Virus record (IMG/VR): IMGVR_UViG_3300032272_000005
Coordinates: 1 to 64,000 of that record
Strand: one strand, 5' to 3'
DNA from: a virus
Taxonomy: Duplodnaviria; Caudoviricetes
Length of the DNA: 64,000 nt
In this document: piece by piece, positions 55,503-62,473 of the stretch
How the letters are laid out: every line of letters begins with the position of its first letter
How positions within the stretch are numbered: position 1 is the first letter of the stretch
The notes under the pieces: model-generated
The model's database searches: none
What the model was told of the DNA's origin: nothing
What the model saw: the letters and a program-made list of their open reading frames with translations, nothing else
Program-made: the position numbers and the translations under genes

Positions 55503-58500
55503 TAGTTCATACTCACCTTTTCAAGTCCCGCCAAATTCAAACCTAATTCACCGTCCACAGTAAATTGTAGTTCTGGCTCCCAGTCAAATTTTTCCTTAAA
55601 CGGTAAATTCTCCATTGTTTCTACAGCAAATCCCAAGGCTTTCATAGGGTCATTTTCATCCACGTACCATAACCCCTGATCGTGTATCTGTGCAAAAGGT
55701 ACTAACAGATCAGGTTGTTGTTCTTCGATTAGTCCCATACTCCACCACATCATGTCAACCAGTGTCCCTTGTATTGGTGAATTGATCGCCTGACGCTCGG
55801 AGGTTGAACGGGTCTTTTTGATGGGTGAGTATATGTTGTGTAAGCGTCTGGTTCTGCCAAGTGGTGATCTCACCATTCCAGTTTGTTGCGCTTCCATTAT
55901 CTGCCGTGAGTGCCACGCTTTCAGGCCAGGATATAGATCAAAGAATGCGTCACGCATGGCCTCGGCTTCTTCGATTTCCACCTTCACCCCGTATACGGCG
56001 TCGGCATACATCATAAAGCCATATGCCCCCATGCCATACAGCAACCCAAAATTACCAGCCTTGCCCCGTTGTCGAAGTTGCTCGTAAGCGGGTCGATCCA
56101 TTTTCTTTAGGTTCATGGCTTCTTCATATGTCATGGCGTTTGTTGTCGCGGCTGTCAGCGCGTGCAGATCAACCCCGTTCTTGTACGCCGTGATCATCTG
56201 TTGTTCTTGGCCCCAACATGCAGCGACTTTCAATTCGCCTTGGGAATAGTCAACCGCGCATATCAGTTTGCCCTTTGGTGCTATGATGCATTCGCGTAAT
56301 CGCTTGCCCCAGTATGAGTGCTTGGGCACTGTGTTGTGGACATACAACCCATTAGCCGTGAAGTCGTGCGTGTCTGGTACTGTGAAGTCATAGACATATT
56401 CCCCTACATTGGTGGGCAGAACTGTATCCACTTGCAACCCAGACCGCTTGCGATACTTGTAATCATCGGTCACGCGGTCTTCGGGCCAATCATCAGGAAG
56501 GCACCCCGCCCATGTAGCTGCACGTATCGCAGCCACCCCACTCCACGTAATTGTGCTGGTGAACTCAAGATCACGCAGATGAGGGGCATCAATTCCTTTG
56601 AGCAGACTTTCTTGTTGAACCACTCGTGCCAGTTCGAATGGCAGTTCTATCCTCAGTCCGACTTTGCCGCCCTTCATACGTGGGTAAGTTGCCATTGCCC
56701 CTACCATTCCACAGAGTACCCAGCCCATTGCTTTGGTTGCCCGTAGATGTCTTGGGATTTCTGGGGTCTTGCCATGCTCGAAAGCGGCTCTGAATTCTTC
56801 GGCCCCGTCTGACCAATAACCCCGTTCGCAATACAGCGTGAAGATCGCCACCCCGTCCACAGTATCCACCGTATATTTCTCTTGAAGTGTCGCAGCCCAC
56901 ACTCGGACTGGCCCCGCTACCCGTTCTGGAACCTCAATGTGCAAACGTGCCAATGTATGTGAAACCCGCCCAGACGCTAAACAGACGCCCATAGCACGGC
57001 ACATTTCCTTGGATACCCAGTCGGGTGCGTCCAGTAGGTCAATTCCATGATGTTGTATCAGGTGATCAGATGCGAGTAGGTTCTTGGCCTTGCACCAGCC
57101 CCTCTGGGTCTTCACTGGATGTTCTGGTGTACACTTTAGTTTCAGACCGTTCTTCAGTGTCAGTTCAACTATGTCACGCCGCCACGACTTGAACACGTTA
57201 GTGGTTTGTTGCCACCCTTCTAAGCCCCAGACTATTATTTCAGCTTTATGAATAGGAATGCGGCTGTCACCCACGATAGGGTCAATAATGCTTGCAGCCG
57301 TTTTAAGCCCCTCTGAGGTGATTATCTCGGTTTCCCCCGTAACACATTGGAAAGCGGGGTTAGTCGCCGTACCGCGCCCTGTAACGGTGCCACCACCCCC
57401 TTCTCCGCCTTTCGTTCCTTCCCCAACCTTGTGAATGATGTATGATGCGTGCCAGCGATCATCATAGCGCAGGTGTTTCAGGAAGCCCTCGTAATATGTG
57501 CCATACATCTTGGCTACAGATTTGTAATCCAGATATTGTTCGATCAATGGTCCAGCTATAGGGTGGTCTTTAAACTGTTCTAAGTGGAATTGTGATGTGG
57601 AAGGCTTTTGTGTTTTCTCAGTTACCTCAATAGGCTTGATACCACACCCCAATTGATTAGTCGGGCTGAACAAGAACTCGGCAATCATATTTGGCTTGGA
57701 TAGCGGGGCGCGTCCATGTTCGTCTATGCCCCCATATTTGTCCATGAGTTTGGTTGGCATCATATCCGCAGCTTTGCGCATACTTTCGGTTTGCCTTCCT
57801 TCCAGATCGGCCCCGTATTCGTGGAACTTTTCACGATCTACGCAGACGCCATGATGCTCCATTTTGTGCAGGGCAATCAAAGCAGGGTGAACCACATTCA
57901 TGTAGAGCGACGTTAGGGACTGTTTAGACGGGCCTCCATTCTGTGTTGGGTTGTCCTTGATCAACTCCCCCCGAATGGCCTTGTATACCTTTAGCCCCGC
58001 GTCTGTGTCACCACCTGCATAGGGCAGCAAATCGGGCTTCGGGACTTCATTCATTTTGGCTTTGTTGTAGGTACGGTTAAAGTGATCATCGTACCCCCCA
58101 AGTAATGGTGCATAAATCTTAGTGTGGACATTAAGCGTGTTAGCCCGATTTTCTTCAAGTAATGATCCGCCATTGCAGCTATCGAAGGTGAAGTTCGTGA
58201 ATACCACTTGCCACTTTACCCTCATCCAGCCCATGTCAAATTTGAAGTTAGCCCCAACAACCTTGACGCGCGGGTCTTTGGCAAGCTTCCGCATGTCGAT
58301 TATGAATTTCTTCATCTGCCATTCAGTTAAATCTGGCATGTAGATCACGTCGGATACCCCATCCGCTGCCGTGAATGATGCGCTCAGAATATTCTTATCC
58401 TTGAACCATGGGAATAGCCCTTCGGTTTCCAGATCACAGCACAGATCAACGGGTTTACCCGTCTGTTTGAATTTAGCGTTAATATAGGCGTTCACCCCAT

Positions 58501-58903
58501 CAAGATTGGTGACATAGGCGTAATCACCAAGTTCTGGTTCCATATTGCCAGTCTGCTCAAAGCGTTGGTACTGGCGAATGTCGCACATAAAATCTACGAA
58601 GTTGGTGAAGTCCATGTGTTTGATCTGTGGGGCATATGTCACCCCAAGATGTATAGGGTGCACCCATCCGTCAGGGTGTGCGGAAAACAACTTCCCACGG
58701 TTCGAGACAATGCCACCTTTGTTCGGTATCCACCCCGCCGCTTGGATCATATCCACGGCTGGCTTGCCACATGCAATCAAGAGCGTTTCTTCTGAGGGTT
58801 GTAGATACTGTGGATTTAGTTGGACTGTTGCGTTAGGAATACTTACGTCGGCAAGAGCCGACTTCACCAAGTCTGGATCGCATTTCTGTACTATTAATCT
58901 CAT
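55502..58903 (-). CDS. polA: Family A DNA polymerase with N-terminal UDG-like remnant, 3'-5' exonuclease and an intein
   Basis: DLETEG (ExoI), ANFKFD (ExoII), YAGGD (ExoIII); motif A DYSQGEL, motif B R..GKAGNFGLLYG, motif C IHD; AINSPIQG. Confidence 0.95.
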   Translation of the reverse strand: MRLIVQKCDPDLVKSALADVSIPNATVQLNPQYLQPSEETLLIACGKPAVDMIQAAGWIPNKGGIVSNRGKLFSAHPDGWVHPIHLGVTYAPQIKHMDFTNFVDFMCDIRQYQRFEQTGNMEPELGDYAYVTNLDGVNAYINAKFKQTGKPVDLCCDLETEGLFPWFKDKNILSASFTAADGVSDVIYMPDLTEWQMKKFIIDMRKLAKDPRVKVVGANFKFDMGWMRVKWQVVFTNFTFDSCNGGSLLEENRANTLNVHTKIYAPLLGGYDDHFNRTYNKAKMNEVPKPDLLPYAGGDTDAGLKVYKAIRGELIKDNPTQNGGPSKQSLTSLYMNVVHPALIALHKMEHHGVCVDREKFHEYGADLEGRQTESMRKAADMMPTKLMDKYGGIDEHGRAPLSKPNMIAEFLFSPTNQLGCGIKPIEVTEKTQKPSTSQFHLEQFKDHPIAGPLIEQYLDYKSVAKMYGTYYEGFLKHLRYDDRWHASYIIHKVGEGTKGGEGGGGTVTGRGTATNPAFQCVTGETEIITSEGLKTAASIIDPIVGDSRIPIHKAEIIVWGLEGWQQTTNVFKSWRRDIVELTLKNGLKLKCTPEHPVKTQRGWCKAKNLLASDHLIQHHGIDLLDAPDWVSKEMCRAMGVCLASGRVSHTLARLHIEVPERVAGPVRVWAATLQEKYTVDTVDGVAIFTLYCERGYWSDGAEEFRAAFEHGKTPEIPRHLRATKAMGWVLCGMVGAMATYPRMKGGKVGLRIELPFELARVVQQESLLKGIDAPHLRDLEFTSTITWSGVAAIRAATWAGCLPDDWPEDRVTDDYKYRKRSGLQVDTVLPTNVGEYVYDFTVPDTHDFTANGLYVHNTVPKHSYWGKRLRECIIAPKGKLICAVDYSQGELKVAACWGQEQQMITAYKNGVDLHALTAATTNAMTYEEAMNLKKMDRPAYEQLRQRGKAGNFGLLYGMGAYGFMMYADAVYGVKVEIEEAEAMRDAFFDLYPGLKAWHSRQIMEAQQTGMVRSPLGRTRRLHNIYSPIKKTRSTSERQAINSPIQGTLVDMMWWSMGLIEEQQPDLLVPFAQIHDQGLWYVDENDPMKALGFAVETMENLPFKEKFDWEPELQFTVDGELGLNLAGLEKVSMN
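56333..57346 (-). mobile_element. Intein (338 aa) in the DNA polymerase, with a probably degenerate homing endonuclease
   Basis: Starts CVTGET after NPAFQ; block B L.CTPEHP; ends VYDFTV...F.ANGLYVHN followed by Thr. Confidence 0.92.
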
Positions 58904-59637
58904 TTAGTGCCTTCTGTTAATTTTACCAGCGCGGGGAAAGGTGACGTTAGAAAGGGCCTTAAGGCCCCGTAAAACGCCCCGAACACCATGCGGAATTCTT
59001 CGGGGTTTTCTTGATAGGTGCCAGCACATTCAGCGTGGCAGGTGATGCGGTCTACATATTTGGTAGTGCCCCCCAGACGTGACAGGCACATAGCCACGTC
59101 GCCTTCTGGCTTCATATTGTCTTCTGTGGTGAACCGTAGTGAGATTGTTTTGTCTCTGATCCGTGCCGCGCCTCGGAAGTTAGGGCCAAGGAATACCGCG
59201 CGGTAAACTGAATTGTTGGAAGTTCCGTCAATTAACTGGTACATCTTTGAAGCGTTACAAAGAGAAACTGTGTTCGGGAAATACTCCGCAGCCACTTGTT
59301 CAATCCATTGTTCTTCATCCAGATTTGTACCATTTGAAAGCATTGTCTTTTTGGTTTGGTACACGGAAGGTGCAGTTGTGTACCCCGACTGGAAAATGTT
59401 TCTGACAGATGCAGCCGCAGCCACAATTTTCGACGTGTTCTTCTGCAAGTCGGCAACCCCAATTTTCAGGGTTGTGCTTCCATGCTCATGTAGAATTTTA
59501 GTCTCATTGAACCCTATGTGGACAGTGGTATCAATTGGGATGCCAGCTTCTTTGCAAAAGATACGGGCATTTTTCTTAATATAGTCTTGGGCACTATCGC
59601 CAAGATGTGAGGGGGCGTTTTTAAAGATGATAGCCAT
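58900..59637 (-). CDS. Hypothetical protein
   Basis: GGAG RBS; promoter 59671-59699. Confidence 0.7.
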   Translation of the reverse strand: MAIIFKNAPSHLGDSAQDYIKKNARIFCKEAGIPIDTTVHIGFNETKILHEHGSTTLKIGVADLQKNTSKIVAAAASVRNIFQSGYTTAPSVYQTKKTMLSNGTNLDEEQWIEQVAAEYFPNTVSLCNASKMYQLIDGTSNNSVYRAVFLGPNFRGAARIRDKTISLRFTTEDNMKPEGDVAMCLSRLGGTTKYVDRITCHAECAGTYQENPEEFRMVFGAFYGALRPFLTSPFPALVKLTEGTK

Positions 59638-59699
59638 TTGAATTAATCTCCAAAATTAGTGGTGTATACCTACATACGCCCCTACGAATAATTTGTCAA

Positions 59700-60275
59700 C
59701 TAATAACGGTAGCTGATTTCAACTTTCTCAGCGTCATAGTATTTGACCAGAAAATCGACTTGCTGCGAACTCTCGACAGCTTTGTGACAATATATCTTTT
59801 TGACGTAGTTCACAACGTCCTTGGGGGCCAGCCCCATATGCGCCAATACAGCGGCTATCACCAGCCCCGTCCGCCCATGTCCACCAATGCACCCGACATG
59901 AACTGTCAGGCCCGTGTCCAGTGCGTCTGCAATCTCTTGCACAAGCGAATGGAACTTACTCGGATTAGTCGGAACGCTCATGTTAGTTATCGGATAATAC
60001 GAGCAGCGGACAGGTTTGCTATCCTCTTTATAATGCGGGTGCTGTTGCATCCCGTCCAATGCTATGAACCAGTCCACATCTTTATGTCTGTCATGGTCGC
60101 GGCAGTTGCCCCCGATAAGAAAGCCTTTTGAGACGGGCAAGGGTTCATGCGTGTTATGGCAGCGTGGTCTAGCCGTGTATACTGTTTTTGCTTTAGATTT
60201 AGAGTTGTTCCCCCACAGATCACTGGTTGGATCACCCGTCGGGTCGAAATTGTCTAGGTCTATTTTGTTAGTCAT
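59700..60275 (-). CDS. CX5R (protein-tyrosine/dual-specificity) phosphatase
   Basis: HVGCIGGHGRTG; AVES..Q. Confidence 0.9.
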   Translation of the reverse strand: MTNKIDLDNFDPTGDPTSDLWGNNSKSKAKTVYTARPRCHNTHEPLPVSKGFLIGGNCRDHDRHKDVDWFIALDGMQQHPHYKEDSKPVRCSYYPITNMSVPTNPSKFHSLVQEIADALDTGLTVHVGCIGGHGRTGLVIAAVLAHMGLAPKDVVNYVKKIYCHKAVESSQQVDFLVKYYDAEKVEISYRY

Positions 60276-60276
60276 T

Positions 60277-61191
60277 TTAGGCTTCCTTCAAATGTGTAAA
60301 TCGTATTGGCCCTATCGCAGTGGTATTGCGCTCAAGGCGTGTGGCTGTTGATTTCTTCGGTTTCTTTTCCACGACTTCGGTAGGGTTAAGGTGCGCTTCT
60401 GCAATTGTTTTAAACAGCATGAATTGCTCATATACCTCATAAGACGTGTAGGCCTTAGTCGCCGCGATTTGCTCAGACATATCGAATACAGACGATTTCG
60501 CTTGTGCATTCAAAACTTCTTCAAGGTTATCGTCATGTATTTTGAAATAGAAACCTTTGTTAAATATTGGCCCCGTGTTGTGAACCAGTGTCCAACACCT
60601 ATCACATGCCAGCATGGCAGACATATTCCCGTCTAAATATTCCCTGAATTGATCAGCTATAATGCCCCATGCCTCACCCCCGAATGATCCTAGCCAGCCA
60701 CCCTCATGATAGTGCTTGCATACCGCGTCAAACAGCGGCCCGATTGCCAGTATACCATTTTTAGATATGCTTTTCATGTAATCTGATCCAGTCCCCACTT
60801 TGTAAATAGCGACTGCATGTGGATTGCCCTGCCAGTTATCCCCGAAAGCGGTTTCAATCATGTGATGCTTTGCATGGCGCAATTCTTTGATGCAAATTCT
60901 CCACAGGTAGAAAAGTAATGAACGTGCAACCGTCCCACAGGACTTGTTCCAAGCCGAGCATAATTTGTTGTAATCATCTTGAGACATATCTGGCTGTTGC
61001 AGAACCAGTTTGTCTGCCAACTCGACACCACCATAATGAATATATGCACCAACAGTCGGGCGCAGCATTTTTAACCCCTCTTGGTGATAATTATCAGCTT
61101 TGATAAGTTCCCCAATTGATACGTGTCGCTGTGGTTTAGCAACTCGCAAAGGGTGTTTTGTGAAATAGGTGTAGTCCATATTGATCTCCAA
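60277..61191 (-). CDS. Conserved-looking alpha-helical protein of unknown function
   Basis: FGGEAWG.IA, D..W.L.HNTG.IFNKG; promoter 61210-61238. Confidence 0.7.
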   Translation of the reverse strand: MEINMDYTYFTKHPLRVAKPQRHVSIGELIKADNYHQEGLKMLRPTVGAYIHYGGVELADKLVLQQPDMSQDDYNKLCSAWNKSCGTVARSLLFYLWRICIKELRHAKHHMIETAFGDNWQGNPHAVAIYKVGTGSDYMKSISKNGILAIGPLFDAVCKHYHEGGWLGSFGGEAWGIIADQFREYLDGNMSAMLACDRCWTLVHNTGPIFNKGFYFKIHDDNLEEVLNAQAKSSVFDMSEQIAATKAYTSYEVYEQFMLFKTIAEAHLNPTEVVEKKPKKSTATRLERNTTAIGPIRFTHLKEA

Positions 61192-61240
61192 AGTGGGTGG
61201 TGTTGGGCTAGCCTATTCCCCCATTAATGGTTTGTCAACC

Positions 61241-61858
61241 CTATGTTTTAAAACCAGTTAGCAAAGACCATAGACGGGCGCGTCTTGTCAGGATGGGTAG
61301 TGGTTCATCAAAGTGTATACGCCCCATTGCTTCCCAATCCACTGTAGGTGCACGTTCAATTGTAGACACATGCGTGAAAGGTGCGGATGCTTCAAACAAT
61401 CCCGCCAAATCCAGAACTTGATTATATTGGTCTTGGGTTTCTACAGCGTGGGCTTTGTAGTTGGCCCTCACATACGCCACAGCCGCCTCACCTGTGAATT
61501 GTGGGTGTTGTGCCACAAGAAGGGCTAACAGCGTCCCAGTGCGGCCTGTGCCGCCCATGCAACCGACATACAGCTTTCTTTTCCCGTCTTCCAGATCGCG
61601 CAATATGTCAGGAAGATTATACTCTATTGCATCAGTGTCGAATGTTTGGAAGTCGTTACACCCAAGGTCATAGGCAGGGACATAATCAATAGGGATTTCT
61701 ATTGCGCATTTCACCAAGCCATAATCGACTGGCTTTTCGCGTGTCGGGCCAGCGTGGACATAAGCCACTTTGCCAGATGCTAAAGGGATTGCTAAACATT
61801 TTAGGGTGGGCTGTTGATAATGGTTCATCGGTTTACTTTCTTCACTAGGGTATCGCAC
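61241..61858 (-). CDS. Second CX5R phosphatase
   Basis: YVGCMGGTGRTG; AVET..Q. Confidence 0.9.
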   Translation of the reverse strand: MRYPSEESKPMNHYQQPTLKCLAIPLASGKVAYVHAGPTREKPVDYGLVKCAIEIPIDYVPAYDLGCNDFQTFDTDAIEYNLPDILRDLEDGKRKLYVGCMGGTGRTGTLLALLVAQHPQFTGEAAVAYVRANYKAHAVETQDQYNQVLDLAGLFEASAPFTHVSTIERAPTVDWEAMGRIHFDEPLPILTRRARLWSLLTGFKT

Positions 61859-62205
61859 AAAGGTGCTTCTCGATTAAAGGCGCGGGGGCAGGGTCGGGTT
61901 GCTGTTCCGTACTTGCCATTCATATCTCGTTTCACAGTTTGCAGCATTAGTCCCTTACAGATTTTGCATTCCTGAACGGGTCTTTCATCTACGACAATCG
62001 GGCCAATCATGGAGAATGACAGAACTGTGTCTGCTGGCATGTGCAGCACGTATGATCCGAAGACTTTATTGCCCATAGAATGAAACGTATTTGTTGCCGC
62101 TGCCGCAATACCTCGAACACGGTTTTCAGTGTCATTACTAAACCCACAGTGACGGGCTTGGGATATTGCAATGGGGGATACTTTTATCTCATGTAATTTC
62201 AGCAT
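61825..62205 (-). CDS. Hypothetical protein with C-terminal CxxC...C
   Basis: Packed ORF. Confidence 0.55.
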   Translation of the reverse strand: MLKLHEIKVSPIAISQARHCGFSNDTENRVRGIAAAATNTFHSMGNKVFGSYVLHMPADTVLSFSMIGPIVVDERPVQECKICKGLMLQTVKRDMNGKYGTATRPCPRAFNREAPLCDTLVKKVNR

Positions 62206-62461
62206 CGTCTTGCCACCAGATGTTGACTGATTTTGGTGCAGCTATAACAACTTTGATCCGCTTGCCCTGTGAAGATCGCCTGTCCACCCCGACAAACACT
62301 TCGGGCCATATCTCGAAAGTACGATCCCATGACAACCCGAAGCGATCCCCATTGTCCAGTTCCACTAAGCAAAATCCAGGCCGCTGAATGGAAAGAACAG
62401 TCAGATTGTGATCCCCTACGAAGATCGTTTGCTTTTCCAAGACTGAACATATTTTCGACAT
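62189..62461 (-). CDS. CsrA/RsmA-like protein
   Basis: IKVVIAAPKSVNI resembles CsrA VRIGVNAPKEVSV; QTIFVGDHNLTVLSI resembles ETLMIGDEVTVTVLGV. Confidence 0.5.
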   Translation of the reverse strand: MSKICSVLEKQTIFVGDHNLTVLSIQRPGFCLVELDNGDRFGLSWDRTFEIWPEVFVGVDRRSSQGKRIKVVIAAPKSVNIWWQDDAEIT

Positions 62462-62473
62462 TTCGGCACATTC

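Larger units (their letters stand above)
23964..61238 (-). promoter_or_regulatory. Repeated early promoter family GGTTGACAAAY-(N)-AGGGG-(N)-TAnnnn
   Basis: -35 hexamers (tgtcaa on +) at 23987, 29178, 29438, 30265, 32434, 34360, 36465, 37055, 39362, 40044, 42463, 44961, 47652, 48118, 51671, 59694, 61233; most have a TA-initial -10 at 17 nt. Confidence 0.9.

Noticed and set aside
23964-61238. Repeats read as a CRISPR array
   Set aside because: The copies are kilobases apart and separated by genes, with no regular spacers and no cas genes.
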